In this document: piece after piece, positions 37,660-50,840 of the stretch
How positions within the stretch are numbered: the stretch's first letter is position 1
Layout: each line of letters begins with the position of its first letter
DNA from: Bugula neritina
Lineage: Eukaryota > Animalia > Bryozoa
Assembly (NCBI GenBank): GCA_964035545.1
Contig: OZ037771.1
Location: forward strand, 6,605,190 to 6,669,189
Reading direction: 5' to 3'
Length of the DNA stretch: 64,000 nt
The notes under the pieces: model-generated
Told to the model about the DNA's origin: nothing
The model's input: the letters and a program-made list of their open reading frames with translations, nothing else
Database searches by the model: none
Made by a program: the position numbers and the translations under genes

Positions 37660-39513
37660 TCCAAGTCTCTAACACTAATAATATAATACTAGAATATAAA
37701 GTCACAATATAGCACTACACCATTGATCAACTGATAAACAGTGACTGATCTAATATTAGTGTCACTAGTATGATGCAGTGGTGTTCTTGCTCTTGAACTT
37801 TGCTTTACTTTTTTGCTTTGATGCTTATTGCTTAATTTTTAAATGCCTTTTTACTTGTGAATCTTGTATGCCTAGATAGGAGAATAAGCTGACTTCAGGA
37901 CTTAGCTCAACACTCATTTTCTTGCTTCACTAACTCAACTCTGCGTTAAGCTACAAATGATTATTCAGTCTTAGTCAAAGCTGCAAGCAAGACTTGCAAA
38001 TTTTATCAATTCTGTCCTCTGCAATCAAATGTTGATTTCTACTTTGTTTCTAGCGCAACCCTAGACTCTATCCTTTTGAGTGTATGTATTATAGGCATAT
38101 TGTGCAAGATATGAATTATAAAGATTGAAAAAACTGTTGATTTATTTACATTATTATTACTGTTTTTCATCATATTCTTTTTAGTCCATAGCCAACTTAT
38201 GCAGACTGTCTGTTGGTCTACCGATCCACCTGCCCAGCTTATTTCTCAAGATAGAGTATTATGCAACTAAAACATGAACAAGTCACCTGGTGGTGCACAG
38301 AATAGCAGGGAATCTTATAGTAGAGTAGCACAGCAAGTGCTCCAGTGACTTTCTATTAGCAAGTTGCAGTCAACAAGTGGTGGTGATAAGCTGTTATATT
38401 TGCGTAAAGCTCTTATCTACTATATGCTGTTCAGCTCACTGCTCTAATCATTCAAATAGTAATCTAATGTCTACCATTTTGAGTTGCAGTAATGGAAAAA
38501 TTGAGAAAAGCCTGTGTTCTAGATTAGAAATGTAGCAAAAGAAGTTATGTTCTTGCATGAATTTCAACCCTTGCCCCAAACCAAAATGTATAAAGGAATT
38601 TGAAGAACTTAGGCTATCTCAATTTCTCCACTACTGCTCCTAAGTGACTATTTCTAGTAGTGTAAGATTGTGGTAATAGCTGAGTCGACTTCATAGTCAC
38701 AGACAGTTCTTAGCTTCAACTTTCTGCTTTAGCTTCTTGTTGAAGAGAACTTCTGGCAGTTTTACAGCTGCATTCTCATTGCCAAATATTGCTCCTTGGT
38801 CCTTTGCAACTACTATAGTGAATTAGATGATTAGGAATGTGTTATAAGTTATAAATTTCTCATTAGCTGACAGCTATATGTAATGGTAACCTCTTTTGTC
38901 CTCATTTGTAAGAAATGGAGTAGTTTGCTTTTTATTTCTTTTGAATGCTCTTGAAAGATATTTTGGTAGCATAAAGCTGTTTACTTGAGTTAACTATAAA
39001 TCTAATAAGCCATCTAAATTTCTCTACTACTGCACCTAAACAGTTTTCACAGGTCAGATACTCTTCCTGGCACCAAACCCTTTGTCTTTATCTGACCAGC
39101 TCAAAAAATGCCATAAATATATAATGTTATTACAGTTGTTAACATGTCGTTGGCAGATTTCTATAGTCCATGAAGACCAGGAATCAGAGAGGCTGCTATT
39201 CAGTCTGCAAAGTTCTTCACTAGTCTAAGAGACTTCCATTAGCTTACAATTCGTTGTTAGTTACTGGAAATCGCTTGAGGCAACACATAGTTTGTGGTCA
39301 TTGAGTGCAGTGGTTAGAGGGAAGGCCTGTAGCTTGGAGTTTGGACAATATATCATGATCATGTGTGTACAAATATTGCACTTAGCGGCTCCAAAGGTTT
39401 TGCTGCATTTAGCAATTTTCTTTTAGTTGCAAGATAAGCAAATGAACTGGACAGGGTTATTTTCTAGTTCAGTGATAACAATAATATGATTCGAGCAACG
39501 CTAGCCGAATAAA

Positions 39514-39523
39514 GGGAATTCCC
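39514..39523. promoter_or_regulatory. Candidate NF-kB/Rel site (GGGAATTCCC) upstream of TRIM-like copy 1
   Basis: Perfect palindromic GGGRNNYYCC match, retained in the paralog. A TATA-like ctataaaaa lies near 39776. Confidence 0.4.
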
Positions 39524-40050
39524 CGTAGTTAGACCATAGCCTATGCTTCTACGGTAGATTAAATGGTGACTAGTTTTTATTAACATTAAAATGATAAGCG
39601 CGTGCTGCTACATGAAGTTGTGCTGCAGCTAGTGCTATCTTTTATTGACAATAAAAAGTCGCGTTGGGTGCGGTTAATCCTGCATTAGCTTAGAGAACTG
39701 CATAGCTTGAAGCCTCTGCCCTAACTTACGTGTTTGTTCCCTCCTTGACAGACGAACACTCCTTGAAACTAGATTCTATAAAAACCCAACTTCAACCTTA
39801 GTGCATTCCTTCTTGCTACACAAGCTACGGTTGCTTCCAGCTCCTGCAGAACTCGGTGTATCAGTTCCAGTATGTATCTTTAAACATGAAACACTATTAC
39901 TATTAGTATTAGTAATGAGTACTAGTATTACTATATTAGTAATATTACTATTAGTATTACTTGTTGCTTCATATTAAATACTCATCATGATGATTTAGAT
40001 TATTTGTATGATTATGATATTGTCATTATTTCTAATACTAAGAATACTAC

Positions 40051-40522
40051 TGTAATGGCTGTGGGAGCGCGTATTGTTTCCCAACCATTAGGTATACAGA
40101 CACTTGTATAGAAAGCGTAACTGTATTATAGTCCAAGGTATGATAACTCTCTTCGTTACGCTCAGGCTAACATTGCGAAATGCCGCACTTCTGCGGTGAT
40201 GATACAAGGTACCGCACCAGCTGCTGCGGTCCCCACCACTAGAACCCACTGGCCAATCAAATGGCACTTCCCCTTTATAAGAAGCGCCTTCCGGCGCCCA
40301 GCCTCGTTCTAGACGTAGACACAGAGCCAAGCTAAATATCTGTCTTCTGACTTGTATATTTTCTTTTGACTCTTTTGACTTCTCTTTGTAACTAGAATTG
40401 TTAATACAATTGTTCATCTAAACATAACAACTCCTAGGTTCTCTTTGCAAACCTCGAAGTTAGGTTATGAACTAGCATTTAAAGCACACAATTAATCACA
40501 TGTAGTAGTCCACAAAACTACA
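40051..40522. mobile_element. Probable solo LTR, present only in duplication copy 1
   Basis: TGTA...TACA termini, GC-richer than the flanks, absent from copy 2. No clean TSD. Confidence 0.45.
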
Positions 40523-40757
40523 ACAATATTAGTATATTTTATTAATTATTACTTATTTGAATTATATTACCATCACGATCATCAGAAAGATACCAATGCC
40601 AATGTGCATAGTCATGAGAGTGGTACTCATACTCATACTGATGCAATTGCATTAACTCCATAATTATTATTATTATTAGTACTAGTTCAGTTAATCTTAA
40701 GCTGTCTCATACCATAGTCAGAATGTTATCATAATATACCTAATCTTTGTGTCCAGT

Positions 40758-40945
40758 AAAAATGGCACAGGCAATAATGGCACAGGTAATAATGGCACAG
40801 GCAATAATGGCACAGGTAATAATGGCACAGGTAATAATGGCACAAGTGGCAAAGTAGGTAAAAATGACACATTCTTTATATTAGAGTTTGAGGATGGGGA
40901 TTTGAGTTTGGGATTGGGGTTTAAGGGTTTGGGGTTTAGAAAAAA
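40758..40945. repeat. 15-bp minisatellite (aataatggcacaggt, about 6 copies) plus ggttt-rich tract; fragment of a dispersed repeat
   Basis: Produces the spurious (NNGTG)n ORF; present only in copy 1. Confidence 0.8.
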
Positions 40946-41945
40946 TTACCATCTGACCCAAATATGTCATAATTATGACTTACAATACAAAGGCGTATAC
41001 AAAATATGTATATATCTAATATTTGAGTGAAATCGGTCAGTTTTACTTTACCCAAAGCTAAAAAGAAATTTAATGAGTAATATTTGAGTATATCTGAACA
41101 AAGTGTCAAGTACACTATTGATGCATGTGAAAAAAATTAAAATAAACTAATAGCTAATTTTCTGATATGGAATTAAGTTGATGAGTCATTGTCCATTACA
41201 ACAGTCCTGTCGTCTGCTATAGGGCTGAAAAATAAACTATAGCTTCTAAATCTGATGTGATAAAATGAAGAATTAATAATTTATTTGAGGTATCCATACT
41301 GAAGGTTCTTGAGAGGCTGGGTGTAACATAAATCCAATTTATAAAGTAAAGCACAAAAGAAAGTTAAGTAAATTCTCTCTATCTCCTTATCTCTATGCTG
41401 TTATCAATTGACACTTATTATCACCATATATTCTGTTGATACTTAGCTATCAGCCATTATGTATCAGCTAACCCATTGCAATGTCACCATATATTCTCTC
41501 GATACTGCTATCGCTATTTGCTCATGGTCGGCAGTTGTTTAGCTATATTGCAGTGTTGATGATAACACTTTGACATCTCTGAAATACAAACCAAAAAAAG
41601 TGTAGCTACAATCTAATAGTTAATCTATTATTTATGAATTCTATTTGTTTTTTTTACAGCCATGTAAATAATGAAATGTTTCTTATATAAAAGTTTTGAA
41701 AATTATTTATAATTTTCAATGAGTAACTAAAATTTGCATTCTCAGTCTCATATTAATTTAATAATTTAAGCTGTGTCTGTATCTAAGCTCTATTTCTACT
41801 GTCTCATTTCATTAGATTATACATCCTCACAATCGTTCACTTCTATTTTTGCTCTCTTGCTTTTCAAAAATATTAATTTTTCATTTAAATCAAAGTCTTT
41901 TGGTTATTTATATACTGCTTGGGTTGTATGTAGGTACAAGTGAAC

Positions 41946-44900
41946 ATGGCTGAGACAACCTCTTATGAGTACAGATGTGGGTTTTGTTTGAGTTCCTACG
42001 AATATATGTCTGATCCAAGAACACTGGACTGTGGTCACTCGTTCTGTCTGAGATGTTTGAAGGGGGATCTTCAGGTTTATAAAAGAGTCGAGTGTCCAGA
42101 GTGCAAGTAAGTGGCAGAGCTGCTTGAAAGTCAAGTCAAGTCATGGTTGAAACAATGAATTTAAGTCAAGTTGATGTTGAGTCTAACAATGATTTTAATT
42201 GCCTTGAGTTTATTTGAGAAAATGAATAGTTTCTAAAATGTATTATAAATTATTTATTAGAGACAATTAGCCATTTGAATGAAAAATTCAGCAGTTTTAA
42301 TAGTTATAAATATATTAAATTTTTGTGTATGTATTTATAAATAACCAGTCAATATTTAGTATTTGCAACTCAGCACTGTCATCGAGATATAATACAAAAA
42401 TAATATTTTCTTTATCATAAGAGTTGTAGTATATGCTAGTATACAATATAAAGTTGAGAATTTACCAGTCGAGTACTTGTAGAGTAGTGGTTCCTACTGG
42501 AAGAGATTTAGATTTGCTGCCTCAAGCTCAACTGAACCAAAACGGCGCTGAAGAAGGAGCATCTTCTGGCGCCCCCGTTTGTGACAGTTGTGTGATGGAG
42601 AAAAGCAAAAAACAAGCTAAAGCAAAGTTCTTTTGTGAGACATGCAACATGAAATTTTGTACGAAACATGATCAGGTGGGTGGAATAGTAGTTATACTGG
42701 CTTCATGCAGTGATAGTGATGGCAATCGGTATCTCTGCATACTAAAGCAAGGCATATAATAGTTTTGGAAAGCTGGTTTCAGATCTACAGCTTTATATAA
42801 TACAGCATTTTGAAGGATAGTTATGAAACGAGAAGTTATCGTCTTTTGGGATCACTCATTATTTAACATTTTACATTGTGGAAGAAAAACTAAAATCAAT
42901 CAGAAACCTTTACACATGTAAACAATTTTACAGCAAAATGCAGTCTGTTTGCAAAATATTCGCTGATGCTTGTTTATTTTGTTACTGACCAAAAATTTAT
43001 CTTAAAATTCAACACAAATGATTGTAGTAACTGCATGCTTTGCACCGGTGCACCAGTTAATAAGATGTCTAACCACAGCCTTATTCAATGTTTAGACTTT
43101 AGTCAATATGCTGATATCATAGATGCACCAAGGGTTCTTTGGTACGAGTCATCCTAGGAAAAGTATAGCTGAGTATTTGGAGGCGCCAGACAAATTCAAA
43201 CCTCAATATTGTTCTTCTCACTCTGATAAAGAACTGTCATTAGCCTGTGAGAATTGTCTAAAGGTTCTCTGTGTAGACTGTGATCTTACCAGTGACGTCT
43301 GTACATTCACCGGTGAGTAATGTTCTGGTTACTTCTTTATCTAGCACTGGCAACATTCTGTTTCAATAAGTATGGAGGAAAGTCTGTGCCTTATGTTGAG
43401 TGCAAGTTCTAATGGTGTTTTGGTTCATCTTACAACACCAACTGCCAAGTAGCCATGATGTTTGCTCAATAGAGTTGATCTCTCATCTGTCACACTTCCT
43501 ATTTAGTGTGAAACTGTGACTGCTATTGCTATAGATATCCCCAGCTCTATTTGTATTTCTAAACAGATATTGCTCATGTGTGATTTGATGCTGTTTTTGT
43601 AGGGCGAGCTCCTCATCAACTGAAATCATTTACCGTTTTGTCGGCACGTCTTTACCAGGAGTACCATGAAGCTTTAAAGAACCTTAGCAATAAATCTAAG
43701 GCTATCTGCAAGCTAGAAAAACTGGCATGGAGGAGGTTAGAAATTGTAACAGCAAAGTCAGAGAAGATGCTAGAAGAAGTTGATGAGGCAACTGAAAAGC
43801 AGGTTAATTATCGAGTTTTTTTATCATAAATTATAATAATGTAATAATATATTATTATATTGATATAATAATTAATTTTTGAAGATCGCAGCAATACGTG
43901 AATGTGCTGAAACACTGAAACAAGAAATCAAAGAGTACATAGTCAAGTGTAATGAGCAGACCGAAGCTTATTCTCAACAGATGCTGTTGAATCTGAAGAC
44001 GGTGGATGCGAAAAGATCGGATGTTAGAAAAGTTGTTAAGAAGACGCACCTCTCTGATCTGATCAGGGAGAGTCGGAACATGACTACCGACATCAAAACT
44101 GTAACCGACTTGAATCCTGATAAGTTCCTGCTGGAAGAGAAAGCCTTATACAAAACGGGTGAGTTTGTGGTGTATTGATTCCCCAGTAGCCCCTGTAGTG
44201 TAAAGGTTGGCACGCTAACTTGCAAGTTAGAGGTCTGCGGTTCAATTCCTAATGGGACAGAGATTTATGCTGCGTTTATTGGATAGAGTTAGTATCTTCA
44301 TTATTTTAACTTAAGAGGATTATATTCATAACATTGCCATTACAAGGGTATATGTCAAGTGACACAGTTGTGTAGAGCAACATATTATTGTCCTCTTCTG
44401 GTATTTCTTTTACTAGACATCAATAAAAACTCACGCAAATTTATAGTCACTATACCTGTGAGAACCTCTGATGGAAAGGGTCTTAAAAGCGAGCAAAGAA
44501 CTCATTCATATGTGGCCGACATTAAATAATTTATTAAATTCAATTATTCTAATTTAGTTGTTTTTGGGGTTTGGTGAACTGGATGTAGAAAATTCTTTTT
44601 TATTATTTTCATTTTTATAGGTGAAAATCGTAAGATTGAGGTTGGAACTCGTTCTACTATTGTAAACTCGCTAAATGTGCAAAGAACAGTTTCAGCTTCA
44701 GGGAATCAGCCAAACTGTGCCACAACTCTATCTTCTGATAAACTGTTTATTGGGAATTCCACCAACATTCAACTTGTAAATCCACAAACAGGGACAAGAG
44801 GAACATCTATCAATTGCGCAGGGCTCATTCAGTTATCTTCCTTCAAGCAGAAGGTCTATGCTCTGGTGAATGTTGAAGGAGCTCAGGTGGTGAGACAGTA

Positions 44901-45619
44901 TTCAGCTGATCTTCAGACATCAACTGAAATTTTGACACGCGAGTCAGGTGCTATGACAAATTTTACTGTGGCAGGAGGTTTCGTTGTCTTAGTTGACAAT
45001 CCCAGCAAGTTGTTACGGGTATATGACTTGAGTGGCGCGCCACAGCTAGACTTGTCAATGGAGAATTTACCTGCTCAAATTACCCGCATCTGTTCCCTTG
45101 ATGAAGAGCATGTGGTGGTGGTTGCAGGTAATAGATTGTACTGTTTTGCTCTAGCTGGAGACAGCTTTCCTGCCTGGACTTCTGATCCTCTAGCAGGTGG
45201 CGTGCAGGTCTGCTGTGATGAAGTCACTGGGTACATATACGCAATATCTGGCCTAACAGTGTACCTGCTGTCCCCTGATGGTGAGTCACTTCTTATTGCA
45301 TTTCATGTGACCTATTCTATCTTCTATAATGTGATTATATTAGTAACAATATTTCAACTGCCAGAAATAATTTTTGTTCCCATTTCTGATTCAAATCAAC
45401 TAGCATTATAAATAATCACCAATTATGTTTAGAGCTACCATATTATTATCTTCTTCGTTTATTTTAGGAAAATGTATCAAGAATCTACAAATTGGCAACA
45501 ATCAGTATAGTGGTGGTGCGACAGCAGTATGTGTCTATGACCGCTGCTTATGTGCAACAGGATACTTTAATCAGATGTATGGTGGAAATTATCACTTACT
45601 TTGTTGCAATTTATATTAA
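41946..45619 (+). CDS. TRIM-like E3 ligase, copy 1 (RING, two B-boxes, coiled coil, putative beta-propeller)
   Basis: Exons at 41946-42106, 42483-42675, 43123-43312, 43603-43802, 43885-44158, 44621-45280 and 45468-45619. RING CGFC..CGHSFCLRC..CPEC. B-boxes CDSC..CETC..CTKH and CSSH..CENC..CVDC. Confidence 0.9.
44189..44310 (+). mobile_element. tRNA-derived SINE head in a TRIM intron (predates the duplication)
   Basis: A-box tagtgtaaagg and B-box ggttcaattcc. It does not fold as a canonical tRNA. A paralogous copy starts at 53041. Confidence 0.55.
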
Positions 45620-47389
45620 TAATGTAAATCCTTTCTTGACTTTTAGTTAATAGCGGCTTTAAAATATGCAAAGTCAAAATGTTTTATTTTACTGATCACA
45701 ACACAAAACCGCATTGTTCAACTTGCTGTCAGGTCAAAGCACTGCATTATGACTATATTAATTAGCACTACTCTACAGCTAAAAGTGTGTGTTATTTTAT
45801 TTTCTAGTTTAAATTACAATGTAGTTAGATGATTTACAAAGCTTTTTTGCGAGCAATAAATTTAGTTACTAGACATATCATGTTTGGTTGTCTGTTCAAA
45901 GTTTATAAGTTTTTCTGGTGATGGCAATTTTCTTGCTAGCAAGAATTAATATATTACAGGTGTATAGCAAGAATATTTATGCTATATCATGTAGTTTTTC
46001 AGTGAAAATGTAGATTCAAGTTTGGATTATTTTACTGCAAAAGGAAAAGTATCCAACTAGAAGTGACCACATACATGATAAATGAATAAACCAAAACAGC
46101 TAACATCCCATATTTCAAGTCCTGTCATATCCCAATTCTTTACAATTGTAAGCTGCCAATACATATGACAACAGCCAGTAAGAGTATCTTCCCTTAACCA
46201 ATAATACTGCAGCTTAGCACCCTTCCTCCAAAATGCATTCAGCAAATGCAATTAGCATAAAATACCTGATATATTTACAGCAACTTTCTTGCTGATACTG
46301 CAGAGGTAATTCTCTTTCATAAACAGACAACTCTACTAACAAGGTTGTCTTCGGGTCTAGCTCTCTGGTAGATATTCAATCAAATAAAAGTCTAAAAGTG
46401 GCACACAAAAATACTATATCATGATGCAAAGTAAGAGTTTAGTTGTTACCTTACAGTACAATGATAGCAGCAACCAATCTGTAACAGCCAAATTGTTTGC
46501 TTGGTGGCCAGTATTTGGAATAATATTATACCAGTTACATGATATATGACGTACATGCTATACGGGTTAGTGAGATCTGTAAAGATAAATCATAATTCTA
46601 CAATGAACCATATATCAACTTCACATGTGCTTTAAACCTTTGCCTAGTCAAACAAAGTTTATTTTCATTAACTATTTAAATTTTCAAGCTGAATTATATA
46701 CAAAACATTAGTATACCTGTGAAAATATTTACCCAGCATGGCCATATTGAATTTTTAAAAAACATTTCATATAACTAAAGTCACCACTACAAAGTATCTT
46801 GATTATTTACTTGTGTAATATATAAGTAATGTGGAAGTAATTCTTGTATAAGCTCATCATGCCTGGAATATGCCCTTCAAATTGTTTAACCCAACAGGCA
46901 ATGAGTCCTGAGTTTATTCATTGGCTGTAATTTGTGCTGAAAAATGGAGCCCATTTAACTACTTATATACACCAGGCACATAAATAAATATACAGATATG
47001 CAAACAATAACAGTGGAAGAAATCAAAAATAGAAATAATAATAAATACACTGCATAAACAATGGCATTAGAATAAGGAGAAATTTTTATCAATGCAATCG
47101 GTACTCATAAATATTGTAGTAACTTTGTGGGTTGAATGTAACTAAGTGCTGAACATAACTCTTTTTAAGAGAGAACAAGATGTAGGGTAGTCTTCAGTAG
47201 AATCAATATTTATTGTAGCCTGTATCAGGTGAGTTTTAGTGGGAGACTGAATCTACACTGGAAACTCGCCTGCTTTAGACTAACAGAACACGCACACAAA
47301 AGAATCCTTTGTTGGCCGAATTTTGGACAACTATTCCAGCTCAGTGGTGATAGCAGTAACATGATTCGAGCAACATCTAGCCGAATAAA

Positions 47390-47399
47390 GGGAATTCCC
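47390..47399. promoter_or_regulatory. Candidate NF-kB/Rel site upstream of TRIM-like copy 2
   Basis: GGGAATTCCC at the position homologous to copy 1. Confidence 0.4.
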
Positions 47400-48046
47400 C
47401 CGTAGTTAGACCATAGCCTGTGTTCTTACGTAGGTTAAATGGTGACTAGTTTTTATTAACTTTAAAATGATGAATGCGTGCTGCTACATAAAGTTGTGCT
47501 ATAGCTAGTGCTATGTTTTATTTACCACTAAATCTGGCATGCGGTGGATCCTTCATTAGCTACTGTCTATCAGATAACCGCATAGTTTGAAGCCTCTGCT
47601 CTAACTTACGTGTTTGTTCCCTCCTTGACAGAGGACCACTCCTTGAAACTAGATTCTATATTAACACAACTTCAACCTTAGTGTAGTTCTTCTTGTTACA
47701 CAAGCTACGGTTGCTTCCAGCTCCTGCAGAACTCAGAGTCAGTTTATCATTATGTATCTTTAGACATGAAATACTATTACTGCATTAGTTATTTAGTATT
47801 ACTTGTTGCTTCATATTAAATGCTTATCATGATAATTTAGATTATTTGTATGATTATGATATTATCATCATTTTAATATTAATAATAACACTAGTATATT
47901 TTGTTACCATTACCATCATCAAAAAGATATCAATGCCAAGGTGCATACTCATACTCATAGTGATGGTGATACTGATAGTAATACTGATAGTGATACTCAT
48001 ACTGGTGCAATTGCATTAACTCAGTAGTCACTGTTATTATTACTAT

Positions 48047-48353
48047 TGTTATGTTTTTCAGATTTAGGGTTGATATGCTATCCAGAGAGTCTAATTGCTT
48101 GCTATAGAACTGCACCAGGTTAAGTCGAGTGAACGAGTATATATTTTACACACAAGAATACATTATAAAAACGATACAAATACATCTGACAATTTACACA
48201 TCTAATCTATTCAGCACTCTAACTTCGACTGAGTTAGCAGCGGGAAACTATACTTGCTGCTAACTATTAAACACGCTAATTGGCTATCAATTGTTCCGGG
48301 TCAATTACGCGACCCCACATGTTGTGCTGCTGGTAGCTCCACGAGCCACCACA
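48047..48353. mobile_element. Solo LTR, present only in duplication copy 2
   Basis: TG...CA termini, 4-bp TSD CTAT on both sides, absent from copy 1. Confidence 0.65.
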
Positions 48354-50840
48354 CTATTAGTACTAATTCAATTAATGATATCATATACCTAATCTTATAG
48401 AAAGTCCCAGGTAGCAAAAGACCTTACAAAATCTAAGTCAAGACCGCAGTTTTGAACTTGAACAGTGCATGGGATTTGTTACAATTCGTGATAGTAATAA
48501 TGATAACAATTGTCATCCTCACACTGACAACGGTTCTAATAGTAATACTAAAATACTGTACCTACTAAAATAACAATTGTTAGTTTGAGTTTCAATCTTT
48601 CTATAAAACTCTTCTGATTAAGATTGTCCGTGTATCTGCATGTCACTGAACTAGTTTTATTCTCTAGGTGCAAACATTAATATTTAAACTTGCTGTCACT
48701 AATTAATGCTGTTTAAGATAATTCCAACTTGAAAGTAAGCCACTTTTGGCAGCATAGTGTGCTGTACATAGAGCAACACTAGTTGCGGAAAATTGCTCTG
48801 ATTCTGATTAGTTTTATGAACACATTTAGTGATTCAATTATTAACCATGCATAATATCATTCCTCTGAGGCTTTCCAAGCTAACTCCAATCCAGGTAGAT
48901 ACTTTCTTAGTCTGAAGCCTCTAGTACTCTGGGGTTGGGTTAGGTTTTCTAAAATTCTGCGGTAAATACTGAGGGAGGGGAGAGTAAGAAATTGATTTTC
49001 AAATAAATGTTAAACCTTGTAAAAAGATTTTGTATTTTAGCATGTATCTAAGAAAAATAGTTTGCTACGCTGCGTCTTGCACTGAAAAGTTTAACTTGTC
49101 TTAAATGACTTCTTGGGTATATTTTTCAGTTGAATCTCTACAACCAACTCACAGAGGGACTAGCTAAATGTTAATAAAATCAAATCTTTAGCTATTTTCT
49201 TCAATAAAAATTACAAAAATAAAAGTTTTTGTTGAGTCACAGGCTATTGATTTTTTTTATTTTACTTGCTATATTTTTACACAGTTGCTGGTTTGTAGGT
49301 TATATAACCTTTACAATACAAGCAAAGCTTCTTGCTTCCTTCTAATATATTGTCATATTTTGTGTAAGCTTGTAGTTTATAAATTGTATAAAAGTGAAAG
49401 CTTATTATAAATGACCATCTGACCCAAATATGTCATAATTATGACCTACAATGCTAAGGTATGTGCAACATATGTATATATCTAATATTTGAGTCAAATT
49501 GTTAACAGTTATATTTTACCCAAAGCTAAAAAGAAATTTAATGAGTAATATTTGAGTGTATCTGAACTAAGTGTCAAATACACTGTTGATCCATATGAAA
49601 AAATTTAAATAAGCTTTAAATAGCTAATTTTCTGATGTGAAACTAAGTTGATTACTAATTGGCCATTACAACAGTCCCTGCATCTGCTATAGCCAATAAT
49701 AATTTATCCCACAATTCATCACAACCTCATAATTCCTATACAAAACTACACCCTGATCAATAGACCCTTTTCACAATTCCCTCTAGGGGAATTTGTATTT
49801 TGAAGTTGTCTCCTCCCACACGGGCCAGGTGTAGTCTCCATGATATATAGAATCAGCACATAAAATCAGTAGAAATTTAAGGTTTGTGTGATGACTATTG
49901 CTAGTACGAGTTTCATTTTTTCTGAGATAATTATTTTGGCATAAGCACACAGATTAGCAGTTCCAGAAAAATTTTAAAATTTTCTTTCTTGACGAACCTT
50001 GAAGGAGCTGGTGACCCAGTTTTCAGATTGGCGTACATTGTTAATCACCACTGACACACTGGGACTATAAGGCTGCAATATAATAGAATTAGTAGAGTTT
50101 GATGCTTTTGTTTGAGGGCTGAAAAATAAACTATAGTTTCTAAAACTGATGTGATAAAATGAAGAATTAATAATTTATTTGAAGTATCCATACTGAAGGT
50201 TCTTGACAGGTATAACATCAATCCAATTTATAAAGTAAAGCACAAAAGAAAGTTAAGTAAATTCTCTCTATCTCCTTATATCTATACTGTGTACATGCAG
50301 CTTTATTACCATATAGTCTCTTGATACTTGGCCATCAGCCATTATGTATCGGCTATCAGCTAACCCATTGCAATGTCACCATATATTCTCTCGATACTGC
50401 TATCGCTATTTGCTCATGGTCGTCAGTTGTTTAGCTATATTGCAGTGTTGATGATAACACTTTGACATCTCTGAAATACAAAGCAGAAAGAGTGCAGCTA
50501 CAATCTAATAGTTAATCTATTATTCATGAATTCTATTTGTTTTTTCACAGCCATATAAAAGATAAAAAAAATTTTTTATATAAAGTTTTAAAAATTATTT
50601 ATAATTTTCAATGAGTAACTTAAATTTGCATTCTCAGTCTCATATTAATTTAATAATTTAAGCTGTGTCTGTATCTAAGCTCTATTTCTACGGTCTCATC
50701 TCATTAGATTATACATCCTCACAATCGTTCACTTCTATTTTTTCTCTTTTGCTTATTGGCAACAATATTAATTTTTCATTTAAATGAAAATTTTCCAATT
50801 ATTTATATGCTGTTTGGGTTGTATGTAGTTACAAGTGAAC

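Larger units (their letters stand above)
39470..47119 (+). repeat. Tandem segmental duplication, copy 1 (upstream region, TRIM-like gene, 3' flank)
   Basis: Colinear with 47342-55859 from gattcgagcaac...gggaattcccc to atgcaatcggtactcataa. Confidence 0.9.

Noticed and set aside
40749-41030. (NNGTG)n repeat protein
   Set aside because: It is a translation of a 15-bp minisatellite, lacks an ATG start, and is absent from the paralogous unit.
44189-44260. Possible tRNA gene (also at 53041 and 31294)
   Set aside because: The anticodon loop is not 7 nt and the acceptor and T stems pair poorly, so I treated these as SINE heads.
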